A stretch of 63,382 nucleotides of DNA, counting the filler, from Collodictyon triciliatum (Eukaryota), in NCBI GenBank assembly GCA_043381765.1. It is 6 parts of 6 records of this genome, joined end to end, with 100 filler letters (N's around TTAATTAATTAA, not from the genome) between each part and the next. Parts side by side here need not be neighbours in the genome. Positions count along the whole stretch, not along the records: positions 13,689 to 27,273 come from JBHJMP010001961.1; 5 more parts are not named here. One strand, 5' to 3'. How positions within the stretch are numbered: position 1 is the first letter of the stretch; each line of letters opens with the position of its first letter. The notes beneath the pieces were generated by a model. The model was not told the origin of the DNA and did no database searches. It was given only the letters and a program-made list of their open reading frames with translations. This document shows, piece by piece, positions 14,521 through 26,590 of the stretch. Made by a program: the position numbers and the translations under genes.

Positions 14521-15050
14521 TTTTTTTTTTTGCTATTTTTATTTAATTTAATTTTTTCGGGCGGAAATGTTGGCTTTGGTTCGCTGGCCTTTGTTTACAT
14601 GGACACCATTTGGTGGCTAGGTGGCGGAGAAGCAGTCGGTAATCAGGAATTGCATCCTGCGCTTTGGCCTGTAGCCTGGGTCTTGTGCTTGCATGAGAGA
14701 GACAAGGCGAGGTTTAATATCTTTCTCAGCCTCCTTCCACATGTCTCTTCTCACAGGGTCTTAGTAGTAGAGAACGCGCAGGTGGCGAAGAAAGTCGCTG
14801 AGAAAAGAGATTTGTATGATGTTATCCAGTTTATTATCAGGAATGGGTGGCTGGTTGTTGAGTCTTGCTTTGCGTGAGTATGTGTGTGCTATCCACATAG
14901 TCCACATAAAATGGCCTCACGTCACTGCCCAGAATGTTTTGCCTCCGGATGCAGTTGTTGCAGAGGTCTAAATATCGCCTGGATTGGGCCAACAGCCGCA
15001 GCCGTCTTGAGAATGAATATCTAGATTCTATTATAACCACGGAACTACAA
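14521..15050 (-). mobile_element. Decayed 3' fragment of a non-LTR retrotransposon (family A, copy 1)
   Basis: About 350 bp align with 18010-18380. Minus-strand translation gives *GHFMWTMWIAHI...DPVRRDMWKEAEKDIKPRLVSLM with stops and frameshifts. The T-run at 14521-14531 is a poly(A) tail on the minus strand. Confidence 0.7.
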
Positions 15051-15946
15051 ATGAAAAAGACGACGACTTATGAAGACTGTTCGCAACAATGAAAGAAATA
15101 ATTTAGAAATAAAAATCGCATTCGCAGACAGCCCTCCATCTCTTTCAGTATCTTCGCCTCAGAAATAATAGTCATTTTTGTTTGTCAATCCTATTTTAAT
15201 TAATGAATTTAGTGCATAATCCGATTAGTTGATATTTATTTAATGAATATGTGGTGATATGGAATTACATATATGTGTTTAGATTTATAATTTCAATTTT
15301 TTTAGGTATTACCCTCGAGTAATGTGCAAAAACACTACGACAGAAATTAAGGAAACACCTGATCACTCGTTGGGGTCAATAAAGGAAAAACTCAGTTATT
15401 AATACGAAAAGAAAGTTGAATTATGCATACATACCAAAAAACTGAAATATTCAGAAAAAATAGGCAAGTATGTATATATTGACTTTGCTTTTAAGAGCTT
15501 TTTCATATTGAAAGAAATATAATGGCATGATTTTTGTGCCATCTACATTAGATTGGTTTATCAGCACTTTACATATCATTTGACATGAGAAATTCCACCG
15601 ATGGACATCTTCAAGTCAATTAGTAAGATGCGATTCCCGTAGCAAAATATTACTACGGCAATAGATTATGAACAAAGGTAATGTTTGATGTGAGATACTG
15701 AATAGATTATAAATTCAACAATTAAGTGAAAAATAAAATCGAAAGGTTAACGGAGAGATAACTTGATAAAGGGAACGGATTAAGTCAGTACACGCTGACA
15801 CTGGTGCATGCATGACTGCACAAAAGAGAAGAGAAGATGATGCAATTTCTTGTATTTCCGTTGAAAATTTTTTTAGGAATTCCTCATTTGATGGATAATC
15901 TCTAAAATGTTACGCGATTCAAAAACATGTCATCTTAATTGGGATT

Positions 15947-16318
15947 CCGGGGTGTGCTTCGCCGGACATCGGAGCACACCCCACAACTTTCGAAGAAAAT
16001 GTCGTCACCAGAAGAGTGCTTCCGTGGAGAGGAATGAGATATCATATCTACGCCGAGCTTCGACCCCACAAAAAGACACCCCACAGAATTGTCCCCCCTC
16101 TATTCCATGTCTGCCCATCTTGGAAAATCCCCCATGCCCCCCAGACACCCCTTTGTAACACCCAGGCCACAGGCCAAACTGCAGGATACAATCCTGAGTA
16201 CCGACTACTTCTTCGCCACCCGGCCAACAAGTAGCGTCCATACAACCGATGGCTAGCGAACCAAAGCCAACACACCCCCTCGCTCCTGCACAAAGTTGAA
16301 AGGAAGAATAAAAAAAAA
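15947..16318 (+). mobile_element. SINE-like non-autonomous retroelement with a LINE-derived 3' tail and target-site duplication
   Basis: Flanked by CATCTTAATTG(G/C)GATT at 15931-15946 and 16319-16334 (15/16 identical). Ends in GAAAGGAAGAAT plus an A-run. 16159-16310 matches the 3' end of family A. A 13-bp hairpin sits at its 5' end. Confidence 0.75.
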
Positions 16319-17189
16319 CATCTTAATTGCGATTATTGGCTAGATTATCCTAGGTCAACTAACAGTCTTTCTATTTCTCAATTAATTCTTTCGTTATGAA
16401 ACATTGAATGAACACTTAATTTAAGACAATATATTATTAAATTTCTTCGGCATCCTTATATCTGAATATGTTTGTTGTCCAGACACATGTGTGCCTTCAA
16501 GTTCTACGAGTGGATAGATTTATGTTGTAGTCCTCATTAAGTACCATATAAGCACAAAATGGTATGGCCTGGTTGAGTTGATGGACTTTATCTCTATTCC
16601 CAATCATCAAGTTTATGATTACGAGCTAGAGTTATTTGCATAGGAAGAATCCAAGGCAGAGTTGTCACAGGTGGAAATTTTTCTGAATCACAATAAAAAA
16701 TAAAAAAAAATCAAAGACCTCGGCATTGAAACAGATACATTAGATTGTTTTGTAATTTTTATGAGACGTTTAGCTTTAATTTGTTTTTATCCCGCTTTCC
16801 GGTATCGAGAGCATTTACAGGACTCGAAACTTTTATGCTGTTTTCATATGAAAGCTTTTCAAAGTTGATAGTATATCCGGATTCGAACGTTGCATGTTGT
16901 GCCATCCTAAAAAAAAAAAAAAAATTGCAGAATGATGAAACGGGATAACCGAAAATTCTTCGTGTAATAGACCAACGATATTCAACATGGTTTTTGAAAG
17001 GAAAGGAAAAAAATACACAGATAATTTCGTCATGAATGGGAATTAACTAAGCTGAAAAACATGCAAGAAGTGTCCAAACATTTAGAAATGAGTTTTCAGA
17101 GTTTCACTTACAATCTAGAAACGTTATTTAAGGGTGCTGACTGAAAAGATGGTTGAACAGATCGTGATTGTGCGAAGGGAGTGCCAGCG

Positions 17190-17982
17190 GGTGTGAGGTT
17201 GCCTTGGTAATATTTGTGGGCTAATCGTAATAACGACAGAGACTACCTGCTTCATTTTTCTTTGAATGCAGTATTGCAAAACAGGCGTGGAAGCTTGGGA
17301 TGCGATTGATGTGTGTACCCTCGACCAAATTACACAAACTCACCATCCGGGCAGCCCTCATCGGAGACAGTAACCCTCTTGATATCGGGCTTGAAAACTT
17401 CGCACTTTTGAGAAGCCACGTCCTTGGAGCCCTTTGGGCAGGACGTATCAGTCGACTCTCAAACCCAAACTCGCCCACAAACCACATCGATGTCATGGCC
17501 AAGGTCATTACCAGCACTTGGGAAACGTCCCAAATGCAACAAACATACTCTAAAGACCGCTCTGCGGTCTGGAAGGAAGTGCGTAAACTATGCAGAGAAG
17601 TTGTCTTTGCACTCGACCTAGTGCCTTTCTAACTCAATGCGAACTTCTCCTGTCCACCATCCTTTCAACACCTTGCGCCACCAAAGTAGTATTCCCATCC
17701 TCTTCCACTCCCCTCTAAACATAATCAAGCCCGCTACTTTCCCTCTCCCAAGGACTTCACCACAAGTCCTATCCTGAAAGGAATCCCTGGGCCTCTTATC
17801 AAGCCCCAGGGTCATTATTTCCTTCTCATCCTCTTTCTCCTTTCTCTATTACCCTTCTCTATACTATTCTGGGGGCGCATCTGCCATCCCTTTTCTTTTT
17901 ACCTCGGAATACTTGCTTGGTGGTTGGACAAAAGATTGTTGGCGCGGGCACCAACAGTGAAGTCTGTCGTGAATAAAAAAAA
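17190..17982 (+). mobile_element. Truncated non-LTR retrotransposon 3' end (family B, L1/Tx1-like ORF2 C-terminus plus 3' UTR)
   Basis: Frameshifted zf-RVT-like motif ET..H..FECSIAKQAW (~17238-17290), then LRSHVLGALWAGRI...DRSAVWKEVRK to a stop at 17632. A pyrimidine-rich UTR with hairpins follows, then AATAAA and an A-run at 17972-17982. The 5' boundary is approximate. Confidence 0.65.
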
Positions 17983-18390
17983 TTATTCTTCCTTTCAATT
18001 TTGTGCTAAATTACGGGGATGTTGGCTTCGATTCGCTAGCCATCGTTTGCATGGGCGCTACTTGGTGGCTGGGTGGCGGAGAAGTAGTCGGTAATCAGCA
18101 ATTGCACCCTGCGGTTTGGCCTGTAGTCCGGGTCTTGTGCTTGCATGAGAGAGACAAGGCGAGGTTTAATATCTTTCTCGGCTTCTTTCCACACGTCTCT
18201 TCTCACAGGGTCTGAGTTGTAGAGAACGTGCAGGTGGCGAAGGAAGCTGTTATAAAAAAAAAAAGATTTGTGTGATGTCATCCAGCCTATTATCAGGAAT
18301 GGGTGGCTTGTTCTTGAATCTTGCTTTGCTTTGAGTATATGCGCGCTATCCACATAGTCCATGGCAAATGGCCTCGCGCCACCGGATGCT
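17983..18390 (-). mobile_element. 3' fragment of a non-LTR retrotransposon (family A, copy 2)
   Basis: Minus strand encodes ARGHLPWTMWIARI and DPVRRDVWKEAEKDIKPRLVSLM. Homologous to 14560-14925 and ends in GAAAGGAAGAATAA, like the 15947-16318 element. Confidence 0.7.
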
Positions 18391-18861
18391 ATCTCGTGGA
18401 GGTTATGAGCTAATGTGTTTTATAATTTAAACATTTGTAGTACATTATTCGAAATATATATGTGTAAGCGATTTTAGGACACCTTAAATAAAAAAAGGCG
18501 TGTTTATATATAAAATCCACAGATAGATTTCCGTTACGTCGCAAGGGCAAAAAAAAGAAGAAAGGACGATCAGAAGCGCACAACCAGCGGACAAGGAGGC
18601 AACTCACGCGCCGTCGGGCGTTTGGGTGGTGGCACCACGGTATTCTTCTTTCTTCTTCTCTGGCCTTTATGTGCGTGGGAATCCTACACACAGACACATG
18701 CGCATTTTCATGTGCGGACGTGCGCAAAATGCTTGCGTGCCGAGGGACCGGAAGACTTATGGCAAAACAGACCCACCAGGCGAGGCACCGAAAGGCCAAC
18801 TCGCAGCGGGCAAGGCGCAAAGGAAGCGGAGAAGCAGAGCAGGCAAAGAGGGCCGGGCACA

Positions 18862-21558
18862 ATGGGCGGGCCTGACTCGGCACGGCCAGCCTCGCATGGC
18901 AAAAGAGGGACGCCGCCCGGGACCAGTGCGCGGTCGCCGAACCCGCCTAACGGTGCAGGGGCGTCTGCCGCAGCCAAGAAGAAGGGCGCCGAGGCCAAGA
19001 AGAAGGGCGCGGCCGAGGATGAGGCGGCCGACAAGGGCGGCGCAGAGGCGGCTGATCGCAGTGCGGCTGAGGAGGCTGCACGCAGCGCGGCTGACGAGGC
19101 TGTGGGCGCCGCCGGCGAGGACGATGCTGCCCGCAGGTCCTATGCCTGGCGCGATCTGAGGCCGGATGCGGCCGATCGTCTGCTTGCTGCCGACGTGGAC
19201 AGGGACCTTGCTGTGTATGTGTGTATGTGTGTGTATGTGTGTATGTATGAATGTGTCTATCTATGTATGTATCTATCTATGTATTTTTTCCTTTAAACCA
19301 TTCAAAGTTTGTGTGTATGTATGTGTGTGGATACTTGTTTTATTTCTATCTCTTTTCTTTCTTTCTAATTTCCTTCCTTCCTTACTTTTATTTCCTGTCG
19401 GAGTCATGTGCTATTGTGTACAATCTTTGTAAATAATATATCTTGGGTGATGTGTGGTGTAGGATGGTTGCGTCGATGGCTTCGTTGCCCAACTATGATG
19501 TGGATCTGCGTCAGTCGATACTGGCCGATTATTACATTTACACTATTATGTAGGTTTCTCTTCATCCATCAAGTTATCCATTACTATCTTTTACCCATCA
19601 AATCTGATTAATATAATTTAATGTCAATCAAATTAGTATGGCTTCTCAAGGATACATATGTTGATGTAAACCATATAAAAAGCTATTATTGTCTAAGCCG
19701 GCGGATATTTTGTTTAGTTTCAGCAAAGAGAATGGCATGAATTCTGAGCAGACTTCCGCTCTGTTTTCTATCATGAAGATTATCCGAGAAAAGGCTACAG
19801 GTAATTATTTAATTACGTGATCGGAAGTCTTGGTGATTTCCCTCATACCTTTTTATCATCGTATAGAAGGTTGATTTTCGATTAACTATCCTCTCTCTCT
19901 CTTTCCTTTTTTTGTTTCCTTTTCTATTGGTTTGTTTGTTTGTTTGTTTGTTTGTTTGTTTGTTTGTTTGGTTTTTTTTCTGTCCCTTTTCTATGTTGTC
20001 CATATAATTTAATGTTAAACAGATCAGGACCACACTGTGGAACAATCCTTTCAACTGTTCAGGGAACTAATCATTAAGCACAGTGTTGCTGGAGAGAATT
20101 CTATTCGGTTGTTTTCGCCCGAAATATCGCGCAAAATAATAGATTTTGCAAAAATTAGGTCGAATTTTGAAACAACACCATAGTCATTACAATTTTATCT
20201 ATTTTTATTGAATATCTACAAAGAATTGTATCGTTTAGAAATATCACCTTCTAGTCAGGAAATGACTTTATCAAGTTTACTCTTTGTTGCCTCCTAGCTT
20301 CTTTCAGCATTTCGACTTATATAAATACTGCTTCACCCAAGAACGTGACGTCATTGAGTCAACGACATGTATCCCTTTTTTCTTTTAAAACTTATGATGA
20401 GAGCCTACCCAATATTATATATTTACAACCTCTATTCTATAGATATTCATGTAATTTTATAAAGTCTCTCCATGCCTGATAATCGATTAATTAACACAAG
20501 TTTGTATGACTGAGACGCCGATGGCTCCACTTCCTTTAACATATGCTATTACCGAGGAGGCGCATATAGAAAAGTTGGAACAAGAACGATTAACGAGAGA
20601 AGTTTGTGTTAGCCTTTAGTGAACCTTCTTACTCTTCCTCTACATCAAACCTTACCCCTGTCGTTCAATAATCTACTTAATTTATCATGGACGAACTTAA
20701 ATTTTGGGTATTACATTTCTCACTAATACTTTTGTTAGGTTCATTTTATGATTATTATTTTTTCCAATCGTATGTTTTACTTTTATTTCTTGTCTTCATT
20801 TATGTATATGTGCTTTGCTTTATTCGCCCTTTCTCAATCTTAATTTTCTTTTACATCTTCATATTTCCTAATCACAGCGCCTCGAAAGAGAGGAAGCAGA
20901 GAGAATTGCTAGGCTCGTGGCGGAGGAAGCTGCCGCAGTTGGTACAGTGATATTATTTCCCACTAATATCCAATATGTTTTGTGCTCAACTGGAAAACTA
21001 CCTGTTGAAGTGTTTTCGTTGGTTATGCAACTTAATTCTAAAGTGAGACCGTGTTTATATCACATGGTTCAAACAGAAATGGCCAAGGAGGCTGCAAAGA
21101 GACGTGCCATTGAGCAACAAGCCATATCGGCCATTGAAGGCACTCTTGAGGGCTTGAAAAAAGATGTGGGTCGCATTTTGGACTCTGGACACAAGGTAAT
21201 TTAGTCGACTGGACAGATATGCTTTGTTTTTGTATTCTCCTTGTTGAATACTTTTTCTTTTTTTGTTTCTTTCGGACTTGTATTCATCTCGGTCATGGTT
21301 TGTTTGTTTGTTTTGGTTTTTCTTTTTCTTTTCCTTTTCTTTTTCTTTTTCTTTTTCTTTTTCTTTTTCTTTTTCTTTTTCTTTTTCTTTTTCTTTTTCT
21401 TTTTCTTTTTCTTTTTCTTTTTCTTTTTCTTTTTTTTTTATTTACAGAATATGGCAGACAAAATTGAGATACTAGAGTCAAAAATGGAATCAAAACCAAG
21501 CGAGACTCCTGACGTGGATGGCCCAAAGCTCAAGCAAAAGCCAACCTCGAAGAAATAA
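18862..21558 (+). CDS. Flagellar C1a-32/CLAMP-domain protein (CFAP119/CABCOCO1 family)
   Basis: Nine phase-consistent exons encode YAWRDL, VDLRQSILADYYIYTIIFSKENGMNSEQTSALFSIMK, SFQLFRELIIKHSV..LFSPE..IIDFAKISFFQHFDLYKYCFT and ETPMAPLPL, then a coiled-coil tail. Stop at 21556-21558. Confidence 0.8.
21317..21439. repeat. (CTTTTT)n intronic microsatellite
   Basis: Directly visible. Confidence 0.95.
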
Positions 21559-21792
21559 AAACTTGAAGCTTTGTTTTTATCAATTTATCATTTATTTTTC
21601 TTCTTGGCCCACAGGAGGCTAGGATAGGAGAGGGAAAGAGGAAAATGGTTGGTTTGAGTCCCCTAATTTTTTTTCAGTCCTGTGGAGATTGAGCCTTTTA
21701 TCTTTTCAGTTATGAACGATAGTTCGCGAAGGCGATGGTGTGGATTTGCTATGATGATGACTCTGATTGTCTTTTGCATGGCTACTCCATTC

Positions 21793-24700
21793 TTAATCAC
21801 ACTTCTCGCGGAGCTGTTCCCATGCTTTCCTGTTTTCCAAGAGTTGGTGGATGATAACCTCAACTTTCGGTAAACGTTCTTTAAGTTGACGTAGGGTCGG
21901 CAGGACAAAGAAGTCTCCAAAGCTGGTTGCCTGATGAAAGAATGCATGAGAGAATGGCAAGGACATCCACTCCCAAGTTAAGAAAGAAATCATATGCATC
22001 TTGGTTAACCCTGAACAAAGAGGCAAGAAAAAGAAAACAACGGCGAGTAACCCATCAGAGCCACGTACCATCTTGCATTGGTCTTTACGGTCGCGGTCCA
22101 TAAATGCTGAAACGGCCAAAGTGCGTTCCTTTTCCAGGTCACCCTGAATTACCCAATTGCGATGTTAAACCCCATCTTCAGAGTGAAGTTGGAGTAGCTA
22201 TAGTTGTGGTAAGGAAAGAGACGAAAAGGGAAAAGGAAATGGACATGGAAAAATTACCTGTCGAAAGAATTCTTCTTGAACAAGGTCAGACCAATATCGA
22301 GATGTAATGAAAGGCCGACTATTTTAAAAAAGTATACCAAGGTATTATTATTCAGTTTTTTTAAAATAGCGATAATAATAATGTATTCGTTCATATCGTT
22401 CAATAGTCGTTTATATCTACATTTTAGAATATAGATATCGATGCTTAAAGTGTGAGAATATTACCACGCATTCGAAATATCGGCACATTTTATTATCATC
22501 GACATGAACAAGAGCCTATGCTCTTTATTTTCCTTACAGAAGGCCTTGGAAAGGGATTCAAATTTTGAAGTAATCCTCATATGCTTGCTCAAGTCTGTTG
22601 CTAAAATACATCGAATAGTTGCTATTCGATTTTTAATAAAAGTGTCTACTTAAGAATTTATGTTTGTCTCTTTACTTATTTTAGAAAATTAGATGGAAAA
22701 ATGGTATCTCTTTTGATTGCATAGATCGCAAACATTTTTGGTTCTAACGAAACAACTTGATTAATTTAGGCAAACCTGTGCGAACTTCCTTGCACTGGTC
22801 AGGCGTCAAATTGCATAATATATTTGATTCATCCTAAAAAAAAATAAAAAAAAATCATGTATATAATAAGCTCTTTGTGTGATTACAAAATATTTTGGCA
22901 TAGCCATCAAGGTACACAAAAAATGTTTGGATGTTCGATTGAATATCATGCAGGATAGTGTACCCTTTCCAGTATAGTGAAAAGTGATGCAGCGTGATGA
23001 TTCTCAAGAACCGATTTGTCATTATAACGAAGAGCCAAATATGATTTAACTAAAGAAAGGAAATAAGGGGAAAAAGTTTATTGGTTGTTATTTCTCACTT
23101 TCATATCCGCTAAACTTTTTTTTTTTACCTAAATAAAAAAAAAAAAAAAAGAGCTCAAGGCTTATTAATTTATCTCCCAATTTTTTGTTGATTAAGAGAT
23201 GACAGAATGCTTCGAATAAATTACATTATAAAACAGCTCTATGATAGTCACCTTGTATGTGATAGGCGTTTGACTGGCCAGTATGCTGGAGGTCATGTCC
23301 CAGACAAACGATGACCAAGCTTGCAAGTCGAAAAGGGATTTGTGCTGGTTAGTATAACAGTGTACAGTTTTGTACTCCCCTTTTTTCTTTATCCTTTTTT
23401 TTTTTTTAAGGAACGATATAAAAATCAAATATAGATCATCAATAATCAATCGAAATAACCATTTAAAAATGTTAATAGAGATAATATCTGAGAATGCATG
23501 GTTGTTAATATTAGGTACGTAAGAATATCGAGGGGAGTCAAGTCGACAGCAGCCCCTCCAGAAGTCAGAATCCAATATGCCATTTGCAGTACATCAAAAG
23601 CGTGCCGAAAGTTGTGGTATGGATTGTCATAACAGTATCCAGCTCTATGTGTTAAAATGTTTGGTTATTTGATATGTACATGGATTGGAAAAGGATCAAC
23701 TCTGAAATATCCACATGTTTAAAAGGTTCAAGTACTTGACTTGAAGCAGAAAATTATCCAGTTTGGGGACAGGTATGTTAAATTTATTTAGAAGGTCAAA
23801 GTCTTGGAAGATAAGCTTGGCAAACAACAACAGTTGATCTTCTGTGTACTGTGAGACCACATTGTTTAAAGCATGAGGTTGAATATGAGAGGAAATTAAA
23901 AAAAGTATCATACCAAAGAAAACATAACGATTTTAGATATCTAAACTTCTAAAAGGAATAAAAAAAAAAACAGTATTTTTGGGATGCAATCCCCGAAACA
24001 AGTCGGAACCTGGAATATATCAAAATCAAAATTCCGCATACAAACTATGTATTCATTGTGGAGGTGATCTGGAACCTGGGGAATAAAAATGGGATAAATT
24101 GAAGTAGTGGTATGGTGTGGACGTTATCGATCTTGCATGACGGTGAATAATCTTTTAATATATATAACATATAAATAATTCCTTCTGTAAATTGGAAGAA
24201 AATAGAGAAAAGAACATGTACATCGGACCATAGGCCTTGAGACCCTGAATCACTCCCAGGGGGTAGCAATTCTGCTAACCAAGTTTGAGTTGTGTTTCGT
24301 ATTTCCTCATTGACTAGAAATTTATTCAAAATGGGTCTGTGCATCTCTACATTTTTCAGTGCTGTAAAAAAAAAAAAAGATTAATTGATTGATTGAAAGG
24401 TAACTCATAGACACTACTTAAATTTGAAAATTGTGATATGAAGATAAAGCCAGTTTTCTGCTTTTGTTGGATGTCCAAAATTTGAATACGAGATAGTGTG
24501 ATGAAATGTTAAAAAAAATATGAAGTGATATATCTTGTGGTGTGGTGTCAAGGCGATATTTGATAAAGGAGAGTGAGAGTGAGAGTGAGTGAGTGAGTGA
24601 GTGAGTGAGTGAGTGAGTGAGTGAGTGAGTGAGTGAGTGAGTGAGTGAGTGAGTGAGTGAGTGAGTGAGTGAGTGAGTGAGAAGGTTACCCTTCAATATA

Positions 24701-25806
24701 TCCTCTAGTAGTGCTTGAATTTCTGGTGGGTAACTCTTCGCATGAATCAAACCCGTAATTCTATGCGCAACTGACTCGAGTGGAGTCTCCACAACCTCAG
24801 ATACCTTGCAGAGTATATTATGTAACATGTTTATTTTTATTTTATTTTTTTCTGCTGCCCGCAACTCACTTTAAATTTGTGAAAGATCAGAGGTCATTTT
24901 CATTCATCGTACTATTCTTGATTATTTCAAACTCAAGCCAATGTCGCAGGCAGATATATCATCATAAAATCGAAGAAAGAAAAAGTGTCATGAATTTCTT
25001 TTTTTTTTTTCCATGAAAAGAATCGATGACTTTGAACCAAAGACCATATGGTTTAGGAATGAGATGAAAGTATTGTTTTTTATAAATATATTTAAATAAC
25101 CTGTTGTTGAAGCTTTGTAATCTCATCTGTGAGTGCTTTCATTCTGGCCTCCATATTTTCTCTTTGATTCTAATTTATAAAGGATATCGTGTTATGTCTT
25201 TCAGACGTATATATTTGGGGAAAGCATTATATTTTTATTTTATTTTAGCAGCTGCTTGATGAGAATTTTATGGAAGTGGTTAAAATCGAGAAATTAATAT
25301 TCGGAAAAAAATCTCAGCTTTAGCCATATAAAAATAACCGAGTCTAGGTTTGGTCAAAGTAGTTAGATGGCATCAATGAATGAATTTATAACAAATATTT
25401 GTATCAAACAACCCTAAGCCCTAACCTTTTCATTTTCTATAGTCTCGAATAACCGTTTTTCGCGTCTCTTTCTCCATACACTTTGCCAAAGATTCTGAAC
25501 AACAGGCTGTCTTACAGGTTTGATTAAGAAATCATCAGCTCCATGCCGAGCAGCTTGAAAGCAAACATTTAATTCTTCCGTTGCAGACATCACTACATAA
25601 ACCGAAATAAATTTTCTTAATGGGTGGATGGCTAGGAGGGATAAATTACTAAATTGTTCATTTCGCCTATTACAAGCAAAAGAAGAGGAAAATAGTTTGA
25701 CATTGATTCGAAATACGAGAACACCAACCAAAATTTATCGATTGAAGCAAGAAAAAGAAAAGAAATGGTTATAGCATCAAACAAAAGAAAAGAAAAGAAA
25801 AACGAA

Positions 25807-25865
<59 letters not shown>

Positions 25866-26521
25866 AAGAAGCACATACTGACAACAGGGACATCCTTTAA
25901 AGATGGATTGGCACGAATCGTATCAAGTAATTGTAGAGCACTCATATCAGGCACGTCTATGTCTAGAATGATCAGTTGGAAGCTACTCGGGTGGCTCTCT
26001 AGGCGCTGCAGCCCACTTGCGCCCGTTTGGAAGGCTTGAACTATGCTGATAGTTTACTGCACCGCTCATGGGATGGAACGGGCTCGATATGCACACAAGA
26101 CACAAAGCAAAGGAATCACACGCAAGCGACAAGCATGCCAAGACCACAGCCACAAACCTGAACGATACCCGCTCTTTATCAGCATGCTTTGCAACATCAG
26201 CACCACGACATCGTCTGTGTGGATGACAAGAACGTTGATGTCTGCTGGCCCAACCAGCGAGCTTTTCCTCCGACTCTGCAGGGCAAGCAAGTTGGCGCTA
26301 TCCTCCTCCACATTGATCACTCCGTCCTCCGGTCCTGCGGGGCGCTCGGCCTCGAAACGCAGACTCTTTGTGTCGACGTCCGACTCGCTCATCCGGCGCT
26401 TCCCAAGAAGAGATCCTGAGCGGATCGCTGTTGTGATCGTGACCTGCCTTCCCGGCGGGGTGGGGCTCTGATCCGTGGGCGCAGCGACCAAGCCGGGTCT
26501 CGGGAACGATTCTCTCGACAA
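21793..26521 (-). CDS. RegA-like response-regulator receiver fused to a class I cyclic nucleotide phosphodiesterase; start codon uncertain (first in-frame ATG at 26392)
   Basis: Receiver: INVLVIHTDD..., FQLIILDIDVPDMSAL, VPVV|MMSA, GADDFLIKPVR. PDE: YHNFRHAFDV (~23610), GHDLQHTGQSN, YNDKSVLENHH, ATDLSKH, KCADISN, RPF...WSDLVQEEFFRQ|GDLEKE, FMDR, ATSFGDFFVLP. Stop at 21793-21795. Confidence 0.9.
24569..24682. repeat. (GAGT)n intronic microsatellite
   Basis: Directly visible. Confidence 0.95.
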
Positions 26522-26538
26522 ATAATTAATAAATAAAA

Positions 26539-26590
<52 letters not shown>

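Noticed and set aside
15306-15465. hAT-transposase-like 'LITRW' fragment
   Set aside because: Short and stop-ridden, with no TIRs or other transposase motifs visible.
16460-16525. GRF zinc-finger-like 'CAFKFYEWID' fragment
   Set aside because: It needs a frameshift and lacks the upstream GRxF motif, so a chance match is likely.
20370-20500. Possible U12-type intron (donor GTATCCCTT)
   Set aside because: The donor only approximates GTATCCTT, and there is no TCCTTAAC branch point near the acceptor.
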